DNA from: an uncultured Nitrospiraceae bacterium
Lineage (GTDB): Bacteria > Nitrospirota > Thermodesulfovibrionia > Thermodesulfovibrionales > SM23-35
Assembly: GCA_963727775.1 (NCBI GenBank)
Contig: CAVSHB010000001.1
Span: forward strand, 768,001 to 832,000
Direction of reading: 5' to 3'
DNA: 64,000 nt
The notes under the pieces were generated by a model. The model had not been told where the DNA came from and did no database searches. It was given only the letters and a program-made list of their open reading frames with translations. Both the position numbers and the translations under genes were made by a program. This document shows, piece after piece, positions 9,892-20,327 of the stretch (positions are counted from its first letter, which is position 1; each line of letters opens with the position of its first letter).

Positions 9892-10844
9892 TCTGACCTG
9901 ATCCTCTCTATCTCTTTTGAAATCATCGTTTCCGCGAGGTCGGGTACAGTCTCCCAGATTACCTTTTCAACCTCTTTTGTCAACGATTCAAGGGGACCTT
10001 TCAGCATCTCTTTCAACATCCGCTCGACAAGGTCGGGGGCAACTTCCCAAAGGATCTTTTCAACGGAATCCTTTAACAAAGGCGTCAAAGAACTAAGAAC
10101 AGATTCTTTTATATCGATTGAGGTCAATAATGCAGATATCTTCTCTTTGGCTGTATTTTCGAAGAGCGCTTTTAATTCTTCTTTTGAAGGAAGCCCGATC
10201 TCCGGGACCGTGATCCTCGCCTCTGCAGGTAATTTTTTTTCGGCAATTGGCGGTATCGTTTCTTCAGCAATCGCCGTGGCCTCGGCTTCAGCTTCTTCTG
10301 CGAGCTCGATCAATTCTTCTGTACCGGCCTCAGAGCCTTCTTCCGCCGGCCAGGCTTTGATATCAGTCTCGCTGATCTCTTCCAATGACCAGAGATCTTC
10401 TTCAACAGGCACTTCTTCCACTTCGATAGCCTCTGCCTCGAAGATACCCTCAGCCTCTTCTCCTTCAATTGCTGGAGAGACTGCAAGGACCGAATTTATT
10501 TTGTTTATGAGCTCCTGTGATTCGAAAGGTTTTATTATGATGTCGTCTGCCTGCACCTGCTTCGCAAGCTCTTCATCCACAGGTTCAAAAGCGCCTGTAA
10601 GCAATATCACCGGGATATCATGTGTGGAAATGTTCTGTTTTACCTTTTCACAGAGCTGGTAGCCGTTCATCCTGGGCATCTCGATGTCGGCAAGAATGAC
10701 GTCGGGCTTAAAAGAAGGGATTAGCGCTAAAGCCTCTTCTCCATTACCGGTTGACTTAATCTCGAAGTCTTCTTCAGCGAGGATCAGTTCAACAACCTTC
10801 TGTATTGTGATGCTGTCGTCCGCAAGCAGTAGCTTATGTGACAC
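9885..10844 (-). CDS. Response regulator receiver protein with acidic linker and helical C-terminal domain
   Basis: LLLADDS...DIEMPRMNGY...KPF receiver motifs. Confidence 0.9.
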   Translation of the reverse strand: MSHKLLLADDSITIQKVVELILAEEDFEIKSTGNGEEALALIPSFKPDVILADIEMPRMNGYQLCEKVKQNISTHDIPVILLTGAFEPVDEELAKQVQADDIIIKPFESQELINKINSVLAVSPAIEGEEAEGIFEAEAIEVEEVPVEEDLWSLEEISETDIKAWPAEEGSEAGTEELIELAEEAEAEATAIAEETIPPIAEKKLPAEARITVPEIGLPSKEELKALFENTAKEKISALLTSIDIKESVLSSLTPLLKDSVEKILWEVAPDLVERMLKEMLKGPLESLTKEVEKVIWETVPDLAETMISKEIERIRSEF

Positions 10845-10896
10845 TTTTCACCTCTTGATAGGATATAAAAAATTGTATTGGTAAGTGCTGAAAAAG

Positions 10897-11724
10897 TCAA
10901 GGGATTTCGTTGAGGCTTTTATCATAAAGCTCTTTCTTGGACAACCCGTATGCCCCGGCTATCCTTTTCACAGCGTCTTTTCTGCTCAATCCCTTTTTCA
11001 TCAGGTTATTTATTTCCCAAAGAATATCTTCCGTCGGCAGTATTTTTTCCTGCTTCCTTCCTTCTATGATAATCACATATTCGCCTGCAATTTTTGTTTT
11101 TTCGAGCTCTGCGAGGATTTCAGAAATATCGCCTCTTACTACTTGTTCATGGATTTTGGTGATCTCTTTTATGACCGCGGCTTTTCTTTCTTTAAACATA
11201 TCTTCCATCTCCATGAGTGTTTCAAGAATCCTGTGGGGGGCTTCATAAAAGATAAGCGTTCTCGGTTCAAGACTCAGGTCTTTAAGCGCCTTCACGCGCT
11301 GGGTTTTTTTTGCGGGGAGAAATCCTGTAAATGTGAACTCGTCCGTTGAAAGTCCCGATAAAGACAGTGCGGCGACAAAAGCGGAAGGTCCAGGGACCGA
11401 TATAACCTGAATATTCTCATCAATAGCTTTTTCTATCACTAATGCCCCGGGGTCTGAAATGCCGGGGGTCCCGGCATCCGAAATAAGGGCAACTGATCGT
11501 CCGGAATGCAGTATGCTAATGATCTCATCGGATTTTATCTTCTCCCTTTCCCCCCAATAGCTGATCATCCGCTTTGAAATGCCGTAGTGGTTAAGCAGTT
11601 TTATTGAATGGCGTGTGTCTTCCGCGGCAATTACATCTGCTTCCTTAAGGACGCGCAGGGCCCTGAAGGTAATATCTTCAAGATTGCCTATCGGTGTTGC
11701 GACAATATAAAGGACGCCTTTCAC
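10897..11724 (-). CDS. rsmI: 16S rRNA (cytidine1402-2'-O)-methyltransferase
   Basis: LYIVATPIGNLEDIT, AEDTR, SDAGTPGISDPG. Confidence 0.95.
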   Translation of the reverse strand: MKGVLYIVATPIGNLEDITFRALRVLKEADVIAAEDTRHSIKLLNHYGISKRMISYWGEREKIKSDEIISILHSGRSVALISDAGTPGISDPGALVIEKAIDENIQVISVPGPSAFVAALSLSGLSTDEFTFTGFLPAKKTQRVKALKDLSLEPRTLIFYEAPHRILETLMEMEDMFKERKAAVIKEITKIHEQVVRGDISEILAELEKTKIAGEYVIIIEGRKQEKILPTEDILWEINNLMKKGLSRKDAVKRIAGAYGLSKKELYDKSLNEIP

Positions 11725-11987
11725 TCTACATTCAGCAGTTTTTTCAGGCGTTTGTCCGCTCTCACAATATCATCCAGATCGTCACCCGTGAGTTCCCATG
11801 TGTATTTGCCTTCAGCTGAGCGTTTCAGCTTGATCTTTACCGGTTTTTTGGGTTTAATCTGCTGGAGTTCAGGCTGTTTCTTGATCTGGATGTTTTTGTT
11901 TTCCGCTGAAAAAGCACTGCCGGAAAAAAGGCATACTGAAATTGAAAGCGCAATGAAGCAGGCCAAGAAATTTTTTCTAAAAGTCAT
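11721..11987 (-). CDS. Small exported hypothetical protein
   Basis: Signal peptide ending SAFSA; translationally coupled to rsmI. Confidence 0.7.
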   Translation of the reverse strand: MTFRKNFLACFIALSISVCLFSGSAFSAENKNIQIKKQPELQQIKPKKPVKIKLKRSAEGKYTWELTGDDLDDIVRADKRLKKLLNVE

Positions 11988-11992
11988 GATCC

Positions 11993-13735
11993 TTAAAACT
12001 CCCTGTATTTATTTGTTATCGGAAATCGTCTGTCCCTGCCGAATGCCCTTTGGGTTATCTTTATCCCGGGCGGCGACTGTCTCCTTTTATATTCACTCTG
12101 ATCGATCATGCTGACGATCTTCTGTGCGCATTCCTGCTCACATCCGAGAGGCAATATCGCCTCAAAGCTCCTGTCTTCCTCAATATATGCCTTTAGTACA
12201 GGGTCAAGCACTGAATAAGGCGGCAACGTGTCGGTATCTTTCTGCCCCGGCTTTAGTTCTGCCGTCGGTTCTTTTAAGAACACGCTTTCAGGTATCACGG
12301 TCCTGTTTTGTTTCTCGTTCTTCCATTTGCACAGCTCATATACCATCGTTTTCGGCACGTCCTTTATGACCGCGAACCCTCCGGCCATATCTCCGTATAG
12401 GGTTGCATAGCCGACACTCATTTCAGATTTGTTCCCTGTGGTCAGAACAAGCAGTGCAAACTTATTCGAAAACGCCATGAGTATATTTCCCCTTATCCTT
12501 GCCTGGAGGTTTTCTTCTGTTGTATCCGCAGGCAGGTTACGGAACTCGCTTTTTAGCGGCGTGAGGTAGCTTTGGAATATATTGTCGATCGGCACCTCCG
12601 CAATTCTTATCCCCAAATTGCCTGCGAGCGCATAAGCGTCTTCCCTGCTTTCTTTCGATGTATACGGTGACGGCATAAACAACCCGGTCACATTTTTTTT
12701 GCCGAGCGCGTCAACCGCGATTGATGCTACGAGCGCGGAATCAATGCCGCCGCTTAGTCCTATGACCACACCCTTAAATCCGTTTTTGTTGACATAGTCG
12801 GATGTGCCGAGCACAAGCGCAGAGTAAATCTCTTCTAAAGGTGTCAGGACCGTATAGCTTTTTGGAGCCAAAAGGGGCAGTGGTTTTGCTTTTATCCGTG
12901 ACGTTTTCTCTGCCGTGACGACAATCCTTTCTACCTCTTCCTTTTTGAGTTTAATCATCTCCTGCCTTCTGCGCGGGGCGTGAAGCCTGCTCATCATGAC
13001 TCCGTCAAGATCTAAATCAACAATTATCAAGTCCTCTTCGAACTGTTTCCCTCTTGCCGTTACCGTGCCGTTCTGGTCAAGGATGACACTATGACCGTCG
13101 AAGACAAGCTCGTCCTGGCCTCCAACGGTATTGACATAAGCGACTATTACCAGATTGTCGGATGCGCGCGTGGAAAGCATATTCTCCCTGAACCGACCTT
13201 TGCCGATATGGTACGGCGAGGCATTGATGTTGATGATCGCTTCAGCGCCGGCAAGCGACTGCGTCCTTGCCGGACCTTCCGGATACCACACGTCTTCACA
13301 GATACTTATTCCTATCCAGGCATCGCCGATCTTATATATAGGACAGCGTGTGCCTGCCTGAAAGTAGCGGTACTCATCGAATACGCCGTAATTCGGTAGA
13401 TACATCTTGTGGTAGATATCAATAAGCTTTCTGTTGCGGATTATGGCGGCGGCATTATAAATATTATCTTTTCTGTCAACAAAACCGACTACGGCTGTTA
13501 TGTCATCAACATTTTTTTGCACTTTTTTCAGGGCATTGAGGTTGTCTTCTATGAATTGGGTTTTTAAAAGCAGGTCTTCAGGAGGATAGCCTGTTATCGC
13601 AAGCTCGGGAAATGCAATGATGTCGGAACCGGATTTCTGCGCTTCTTTAATGTAATCAATAATCCTGGAGACATTTCCGTTAAAGTCCCCCACAGTAGGA
13701 TTAATCTGTGCAAGCGCAATCCGCAGCGATTTCAC
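11993..13735 (-). CDS. nadE: Glutamine-dependent NAD+ synthetase
   Basis: Nitrilase domain (FPEL, ICED) plus SGGIDS; GTG start after GGAGG. Confidence 0.95.
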   Translation of the reverse strand: MKSLRIALAQINPTVGDFNGNVSRIIDYIKEAQKSGSDIIAFPELAITGYPPEDLLLKTQFIEDNLNALKKVQKNVDDITAVVGFVDRKDNIYNAAAIIRNRKLIDIYHKMYLPNYGVFDEYRYFQAGTRCPIYKIGDAWIGISICEDVWYPEGPARTQSLAGAEAIININASPYHIGKGRFRENMLSTRASDNLVIVAYVNTVGGQDELVFDGHSVILDQNGTVTARGKQFEEDLIIVDLDLDGVMMSRLHAPRRRQEMIKLKKEEVERIVVTAEKTSRIKAKPLPLLAPKSYTVLTPLEEIYSALVLGTSDYVNKNGFKGVVIGLSGGIDSALVASIAVDALGKKNVTGLFMPSPYTSKESREDAYALAGNLGIRIAEVPIDNIFQSYLTPLKSEFRNLPADTTEENLQARIRGNILMAFSNKFALLVLTTGNKSEMSVGYATLYGDMAGGFAVIKDVPKTMVYELCKWKNEKQNRTVIPESVFLKEPTAELKPGQKDTDTLPPYSVLDPVLKAYIEEDRSFEAILPLGCEQECAQKIVSMIDQSEYKRRQSPPGIKITQRAFGRDRRFPITNKYREF

Positions 13736-13929
13736 GAACACCTCCGCCAAAGTTCGAACAACATTATTATTGTTTTTATAGAAGTAAGATTGAACTTATT
13801 ATAGCATTAGATTTAAATTTCAACAAAAACATGCCTGTAATTTTCCCTGCGATATCTGTAATGCTTGACATCCCATGAAAAAGGTTGGATCATATCTGTA
13901 AATTCAATCATGGAGTTAAGGTCAAAGGA

Positions 13930-14307
13930 ATGGTTTATCTTTTGTTAAGGATAATGATAAATGCCCTCTCTATTGCGGCTGCCGTAAAGCTTGTAGACGG
14001 TATAACCTTTACGGGTGAATGGTGGAAGATGATTATTGTCGGCGCTGTTTTCGGGGTTGTGAATTCTTTTATTAAGCCGGTGGTGACGTTCTTTGCATTG
14101 CCTCTGATTATCCTCACGTTAGGCCTGTTCACTTTGATCGTTAATACGCTGATGCTGACAATAACCGCGAAGCTTTCAGGCCCCCTCGAACTCGGTTTAC
14201 AGATCAATGGTTTCTGGCCCGCATTCAAAGGCGCTGTCATTATCAGCCTCGTGAGTATGCTCCTTTCCTGGCTCACAGGGATCAAAAGGATCAAGGTTTA
14301 CAAGTAG
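13930..14307 (+). CDS. YvlD/DUF360 (holin superfamily IV) membrane protein
   Basis: VNSFIKP...LPLIILTLGLFTLIVN. Confidence 0.85.
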   Translation: MVYLLLRIMINALSIAAAVKLVDGITFTGEWWKMIIVGAVFGVVNSFIKPVVTFFALPLIILTLGLFTLIVNTLMLTITAKLSGPLELGLQINGFWPAFKGAVIISLVSMLLSWLTGIKRIKVYK

Positions 14308-14399
14308 TCACAGCCCTGTGAGACTTGCAAAGTTAGTGGAAACAGCTATTCTTAATAATATGGGGAATATAGCCCGCTTAATTTATAAAATTTGAGGGC

Positions 14400-14510
14400 G
14401 CCGACAAATACAGTATTTGCGCTCATTCTCGGCCCGGTACAAATCGGGCCTCCGAGGTAAATTCTTTCTTTGAAAGAATTTAAAGCCGCTTAAATACTGT
14501 ATCTGTCGGC
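14400..14510. repeat. About 111-bp palindromic intergenic repeat, copy 2
   Basis: GCCGACAAATACAGTATTT...AAATACTGTATCTGTCGGC. Confidence 0.85.
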
Positions 14511-14540
14511 AATCTTATAATGTAGGATAGGAATAAGACC

Positions 14541-15581
14541 ATGTCGACGAATAATGTCTTTGATTTTTTTATGCAATTGCATCTTACGGAGAGGTGCAAT
14601 CTTGTGTGTAAGCACTGTTATCAGTCCGGCGGGAAAGCGGATGAATTGTCGTTCGCGGAAGTAAGAAATCTCATAAATGAGATATCGGACACACTGAAAG
14701 AGTGGAAGGAAGCATACGAAATTGACTATTCTCCGAGCTTTAATGTAACCGGGGGAGAGCCTTTTTTGCGCATAGACCTTTTTGATATCCTCAAGGAAAT
14801 CAACGGGAAGGGATTTGATACATACCTCCTGACAAACGGTATTCTTATCAACCGGGAAAAAGCAAAATTACTGTCTGCTCTCGGCGTCAAAGGAGTACAG
14901 GTAAGCATTGAGGGACCTGAAGGAGTCCATGACTCAATCAGGGGGAAGGGCAGTTTTTCCGGCTCGATGAAAGGCGTCGGGTATCTTCTTGACGCCGGGC
15001 TGAAGGTGACGTTTAATGCTACATTATCTTCTATGAATGCCGCCTACTTTATGGACATGATAGAGCTTTCTTTGAAAGCGGACGTGCACAGGCTCGGGTT
15101 CTCAAGGCTTGTTCCTTCCGGGAGGGGCGAGGCGATGCTGACAAAAATGCTGCCGGCAGATGCGGTAAAAGATCTCTACGAAAAGATCTATTCTTCGAAT
15201 ACCGATGGACTTGAAATCGTGACGGGTGACCCTGTTGCGACGCAGTCGACCATAAAAGACAATGAGGACAAAGGGAATGTCCCGATAGGGGGCTGCGCAG
15301 CCGGTGTGTCCGGGATGACCATCCTGCCGGACGGAACAATGGTCCCTTGCAGAAGGTTGTACGTTCCCATAGGCAATGTGAGAAAAGATTCGTTCCGTGA
15401 GGTATGGGCGACTTCTGAGGTTTTGGAAGCCATACGGGACAGGAGCCGATATCAGGGGAAATGCGGGAGCTGCCCGAGATGGGCGCAGTGCCGGGGCTGC
15501 AGGGCGATAGCATATGCCTTCTCAAAGGCAAATGGGGAAGACAATTTTCTCGCCGATGATCCTCAGTGTTTTGTTTGCTGA
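14541..15581 (+). CDS. Radical SAM protein with SPASM domain
   Basis: CNLVCKHC, TGGEP, C-terminal CAAG...PC...CGSC...CRGC...C. Confidence 0.9.
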   Translation: MSTNNVFDFFMQLHLTERCNLVCKHCYQSGGKADELSFAEVRNLINEISDTLKEWKEAYEIDYSPSFNVTGGEPFLRIDLFDILKEINGKGFDTYLLTNGILINREKAKLLSALGVKGVQVSIEGPEGVHDSIRGKGSFSGSMKGVGYLLDAGLKVTFNATLSSMNAAYFMDMIELSLKADVHRLGFSRLVPSGRGEAMLTKMLPADAVKDLYEKIYSSNTDGLEIVTGDPVATQSTIKDNEDKGNVPIGGCAAGVSGMTILPDGTMVPCRRLYVPIGNVRKDSFREVWATSEVLEAIRDRSRYQGKCGSCPRWAQCRGCRAIAYAFSKANGEDNFLADDPQCFVC

Positions 15582-16139
15582 TCACGAACCGCTCTTTTGC
15601 CTCGCTTGACTCTGAGACTGTCGAGGATCTTCTAAATAAATAGTCGAAGAAGAGTAACAACAGACTCCCGTGCGACAGGCCATAAAATGCAGGCTCTTTT
15701 TGTTTCATTCATCTACTTATCCGCAGAACCGAGAAATTGAAACAAATGTTTATTCATCCCTATTTATTGAGGTATGTGCAACATCATCTGAAATTTCTAA
15801 TACACCTTCTACTGGTTTATTATTGTCAAGAACTTTTTACGGAGTAACTCCCCTCTGATAGAGACAAGCCACTACTAAGGTTTCCTGGCTTCAATGGTTT
15901 CTGCTTCGTTCTTTGCCCCCAGATCCCTTGTCTCATTACGTAATCCATTCTGCATGTTTGAGAGCCAATTCTGAAAAAGCGGCTTCGTAGAAAGCTATAG
16001 GATCGATTATCTCAGCATGACCCATATTACGGTATCCCCTGGATTCGGCGTTTCTCTTTTTTATGCCTCCTCTTGGCTCCTTTCACTTAACCTTATATCA
16101 ACCTTCTCACTTCCATCTCCATTAGGAGGAAGTCACTTT

Positions 16140-16316
16140 AGTCTTTGGTGTAGCACCTTGCCTGACACTGGTAATTCGAGGGTCTCAACAGAGCCCTGAC
16201 CTTGCTTAATCGAGACTAAGGTGCAAGCGGGGAGTTACAAGCTCCGCATGAAGGTCGGCTCAGCCGCCTTAGGTATCAGGTCGGTAATCTCCCCGCTTAC
16301 ACGCCAATACTATAAG
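16140..16316 (-). ncRNA. Candidate bridge/seek RNA in the downstream non-coding end
   Basis: Long stem 16223-16238/16284-16300 plus further hairpins downstream of the IS110 gene. Confidence 0.5.
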
Positions 16317-17579
16317 TTATGCAGCCTCCTGGTATTGAAGTGAGACTATAGAGAAATCTTTTTTGTATACACTTTGGTCACGCACAACAGCAAATATGAT
16401 TCCAAGAAGTTTTCTTGCTACGGCGATCAGCGCCTTGGTCTTAGGCATGCCCCGCTCAAGGTACTTTTGATATTGATCGTGCATTATTCCACCTCTGCGG
16501 ACTGTGTTGAGCGAGGCAAAGTACAAAAGTTTACGCAGCAGGTGACGGCCTCGCTTAGATATGCGTCGCTTCCCCTTGTATTGGCCAGAACTGATCTCAT
16601 AAAGGTCCAGCCCTGCGAGCTTTAGGATCTCGGAGAGGGTTTGAAACTTCCGAAAATCACCCACTTCACCGATAAGACCGGCAGTGGTAACCTCTTTAAT
16701 CCCCTTTATCGAGAGGATCGAGCCACTGTATGGAATCTGCTTCAGATAATACCCCATTTCCTTTTCCAGATCCCCGGTAAAGGACTCAGCAGCGTCCATG
16801 GCGATAAGAAGTTCTCTTATCTCACGTATAATGCTCGTCATGCCTTCGGTTACACCTATAGAAGCTGTTGCAGCCTCATAGAGGGCCTTGGCGCGATCTT
16901 CCTTCAGCTTTCCGCGGCTGACCTTATTGATCGTTGCACTCAAATTATCAAGACCGTACGCGACAATATCCTTGGGTGCTGGGCACTGCGCAAGGAGATA
17001 TCGGGCAGTCAACGTCTTTACATCCTTCATTACCTGCAAAAACTCAGGAAAGATAATCGCAAGCAAGCTCTGGAGCTGGTTCACCAGGGATACATAACGC
17101 TCGTTGCTCCTTTCCCTGGCCTGAGTGAGCCTCCTGAGTTCGGCCGCTGGACCTTCCGGGATCACTACAGTCAGGGCGTGGCCAAGTGCCATAATATCAG
17201 CGATAACCTTTGGGTCTTTCTGGTCGGTCTTGTTCGGCGAATTACCCTGAAGCTCCTTAAGCCTCTTAGTGTGCATAGGGCTTACTTGTACCATGTGTAC
17301 GCCTCTCGCACGCATGAAATGAACAAGAGGTTCGGCATACGGCCCGGTGGACTCGTATCCAAAAACAATATCTTCGATGTTATGGAGCTTTTTGGCATAA
17401 GATACACGATCCCAGAACTCTTGGAAACCCCTGCCGTTGTTCCAGAAGGCAAAGGGCTTCACATCGCTTCCGTCCGGACAGCGCCAGTATCCAAAATGTC
17501 TATCCTTTCCCATATCAGCTGTCACAATCATCGTTCTACCATTGACTACTTTAAACTTTTTTGTTTTACTCTTCTTCAT
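16317..17579 (-). CDS. IS110-family recombinase/transposase
   Basis: ADMGK, YESTG, KTDQKD (DEDD) and SSG serine motif. Confidence 0.92.
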   Translation of the reverse strand: MKKSKTKKFKVVNGRTMIVTADMGKDRHFGYWRCPDGSDVKPFAFWNNGRGFQEFWDRVSYAKKLHNIEDIVFGYESTGPYAEPLVHFMRARGVHMVQVSPMHTKRLKELQGNSPNKTDQKDPKVIADIMALGHALTVVIPEGPAAELRRLTQARERSNERYVSLVNQLQSLLAIIFPEFLQVMKDVKTLTARYLLAQCPAPKDIVAYGLDNLSATINKVSRGKLKEDRAKALYEAATASIGVTEGMTSIIREIRELLIAMDAAESFTGDLEKEMGYYLKQIPYSGSILSIKGIKEVTTAGLIGEVGDFRKFQTLSEILKLAGLDLYEISSGQYKGKRRISKRGRHLLRKLLYFASLNTVRRGGIMHDQYQKYLERGMPKTKALIAVARKLLGIIFAVVRDQSVYKKDFSIVSLQYQEAA

Positions 17580-18147
17580 GGCTATACTCCTTTCTTTGGT
17601 TTGGATTTAACCAACTCGCACATTGGTCTGAATCAAGAAAGAGTATAGCCTTCTTTAACAAGGCCTAACTCTACAACAATATAGCAAGCTCCGCATTTAC
17701 GCGGAGCGGTAATTCACGAAGAGTTTGTCCCGAACTACGCACTGTACAATCGAAGCGGAGATTTCTGCTACTCGTCGGGCTGACACCTCTGAGAGATAGC
17801 CTGCAGTGTTAGTTATTTTTGATAATCAATGAAAAACGTGACCACTACACGGGAAATAAGGTTTCGCCCTGAAGTATGCACAGCCTTGGAGAGCTGACAA
17901 GGTAGTCTCGCGATCTGGACTTCACCGCGAACCAACACTGGCACTACTTTAACAGAGTAACAATTATCGGGCAAAACCTTCAGTCTTCTCAGGGACCTGA
18001 GCTTGAAAAGTACATGTCGTTATCGGCACTTGAGATGGATAGGCAAAGCCGGACTAAACAACTTTTCTGAACTTTACACTGTTTATGTTTGATATAATTA
18101 TGCTGATTACCTGGGAATTGCATATAAGAAAAAAGGGGAATATTGAA

Positions 18148-19176
18148 ATGACTGTACTGACTCAGGAGAACCTCCCTCTGGTTTCTGTAATCGTCCCTAG
18201 CTTTAATAATGGACGTTTTATTGGACCTGCCCTAGAGAGCCTTTTTCTACAAACCTATCCTAAAGAAAAGAGGGAAATAATAGTCATTGACGATGGCTCC
18301 ACTGATAACACTCCGGAGGTCCTTAAAAAGTTCGACCAAAACATTCTTCACGTTCGACAGCAGCATCAAGGGATTTCAAGCGCGAGGAATGCCGGCATAT
18401 CCCATGCGGGCGGAGAAATAATTACGTTTCTCGACTCTGACGACCTATGGTATGAGGAGAGACTCCAGAGAGTCGTTGAGAGATTTGTAAAGGATCCCCG
18501 CTTAGGTATAGTGTATCACCCTATTGAATTGATCAACAGCGAGGGAGTTACTATTGAAAAGAATTTTTATGCCGCCTTTGGCTATGAAGAGGGAATCAGC
18601 GGTTGGGTGGGAAATGAGATGGCTTCCGGAAAAATATTTTCAGGAGGGAGTTCCTTTGCATTCAGGAGAGATATTGTCGATCTACTCTATCCCCTTCCTG
18701 AGGATGTAAGAAGAGGTGTCGATTATTATATGACCGTAATCTTCTCCTGCTATGCCCCTGCTGAATATATACCACAAATACTCGGCAAATACCGAGTACA
18801 TTCCGGCAATGTCACAATGTCGGTGGGGTTAGACGACAGGATAACATTGGCCACAATTAATAAGGATTTCGCCCATACAAGACAAAAGGTTATGGAGAAA
18901 ATCTCGAGCCTGCTTCCCCCTCATGCTAAAAGACTGGATTTCAACATACTCAATAGGCTTCAGGCAAAAGAGATGATCTTTTTCCATGTACTTTCGGGAG
19001 AACGCGCAAACGCAATAAAAAAAATTCCAGCCCTTTTTAGAGGAAGTCCGCCCCTAAAAGAGCTTTTACGGGGCGTTACAGTAAGCATTATGGCTTTCTC
19101 TATTCCTGGATTTCTTTATCCAAAAATGGTGAGAGCTCACCGACTTCTCACGAGACTAAAGATGCTTACGCTCTGA
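18148..19176 (+). CDS. Glycosyltransferase family 2
   Basis: VSVIVPSFN, IDDGSTD, FLDSDD. Confidence 0.9.
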   Translation: MTVLTQENLPLVSVIVPSFNNGRFIGPALESLFLQTYPKEKREIIVIDDGSTDNTPEVLKKFDQNILHVRQQHQGISSARNAGISHAGGEIITFLDSDDLWYEERLQRVVERFVKDPRLGIVYHPIELINSEGVTIEKNFYAAFGYEEGISGWVGNEMASGKIFSGGSSFAFRRDIVDLLYPLPEDVRRGVDYYMTVIFSCYAPAEYIPQILGKYRVHSGNVTMSVGLDDRITLATINKDFAHTRQKVMEKISSLLPPHAKRLDFNILNRLQAKEMIFFHVLSGERANAIKKIPALFRGSPPLKELLRGVTVSIMAFSIPGFLYPKMVRAHRLLTRLKMLTL

Positions 19177-19191
19177 GAATAAAGGACAACA

Positions 19192-20274
19192 ATGACGATA
19201 AGAAGGAAAAGTAAAATTATCTTCAAGAAGGCGATTTGGCGATTAAAAGACAATCTTGTTCAGTGGCTTTGGTTTGTTCTTAATGTGCAAAGAAATCGTA
19301 TAGGGTTTTACAAAGGGCTTTTAACATGGCAAAGGGAATCGAGGCATAGGAGACTCAGAAGGAAGGTACACATTTGTCTCCTGGAAGTGTACCCTAAGGA
19401 GGGAAAGTTTGGTCGCTTCACTGCGTTCTGGATAAATGAGAGAAGCCGCATCTGTTCTGCATCTTTGAATACAAGGATAGAGGATGCTGATGTGTTATGG
19501 GTTTACTCGCAAGATCCCTTGCCGCCTGACAGCAAAAAAGAACTGCTGCAAATGGTCAAAAAAGCAAAGGAGGGAACCCCGGTCATCAATCATCCGGAAG
19601 TGTATAACTCTTACCATGAAGATTATGCCTTCAGGGCTCTGGAAAATGCGGGAGTGAACGTACCGCGGTCGATGTTTACAGAGCATGATGTCGGAAAGAC
19701 ACCTGTCGTATATAAAATAAGTGGGAAGCACTGGTCTCCCAAGCTTCTGTCGCTTTACCGTGGTCCTATTAAGGGATATCGTCCTTTTGAGTTTATTGAT
19801 TCAAAAGGACTGGACGGTCTTTACAGACAGTACAGGGTTCTCTATGTGGTGGGCATCATTCATCCCAATTATATAGCCTACAGCCACAAATGGAATGTAG
19901 AACGTACGAACAGAGAACACTTTGAATACACATTTGAGATGTTACCCATTGAAACCGAATCCATTCACTTAATTGCTCGGGTCCTCAACATTCAATACTT
20001 TTCCGTTGATTATCTGAGAAGAAGCTCTGACAATCTTCCGTTTTTTACTGACATCAATGTCTATCCCCTCCCCATTGATTTTACTGAAACAGCACGGGAA
20101 TTTGGGTACTATGGCCGGTGGCACCTCGTTGACAACCGTTTGCGGCTGGACATGTCCGAGCCTTCGGGAAGACCTTTTTGGGAAGATTTCGATGAGACCA
20201 TGTTATCCTTTGCCGGCAAGACTTTTCAGAAGAATAATATTTTCAAGGAAACTTGTAGAAATAGAATAAGATAA
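19192..20274 (+). CDS. Divergent ATP-grasp-like protein
   Basis: VINHP...GVNVPRS...FEFID...YRVLYV...FSVDY...TDINVYP pattern. Confidence 0.6.
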   Translation: MTIRRKSKIIFKKAIWRLKDNLVQWLWFVLNVQRNRIGFYKGLLTWQRESRHRRLRRKVHICLLEVYPKEGKFGRFTAFWINERSRICSASLNTRIEDADVLWVYSQDPLPPDSKKELLQMVKKAKEGTPVINHPEVYNSYHEDYAFRALENAGVNVPRSMFTEHDVGKTPVVYKISGKHWSPKLLSLYRGPIKGYRPFEFIDSKGLDGLYRQYRVLYVVGIIHPNYIAYSHKWNVERTNREHFEYTFEMLPIETESIHLIARVLNIQYFSVDYLRRSSDNLPFFTDINVYPLPIDFTETAREFGYYGRWHLVDNRLRLDMSEPSGRPFWEDFDETMLSFAGKTFQKNNIFKETCRNRIR

Positions 20275-20327
20275 GGATAAGATATTTTTTGCATTGTCAC
20301 TTTTTGGTGTTGCACATGATATGAATT

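Larger units (their letters stand above)
16140..17682 (-). mobile_element. IS110-family element (ends approximate)
   Basis: DEDD recombinase gene with structured non-coding flanks. Confidence 0.75.

Noticed and set aside
13930..14307. Holin as evidence of a prophage
   Set aside because: YvlD-type proteins are common chromosomal membrane proteins; no lysin or phage genes nearby
15590..15630. Left att site of the tRNA-Asp island
   Set aside because: Only a short GAGACTGTC similarity to 62445; no duplicated tRNA 3' end found by eye
16641..17648. 335-aa antisense ORF
   Set aside because: Lies opposite the IS110 recombinase; no recognisable domain
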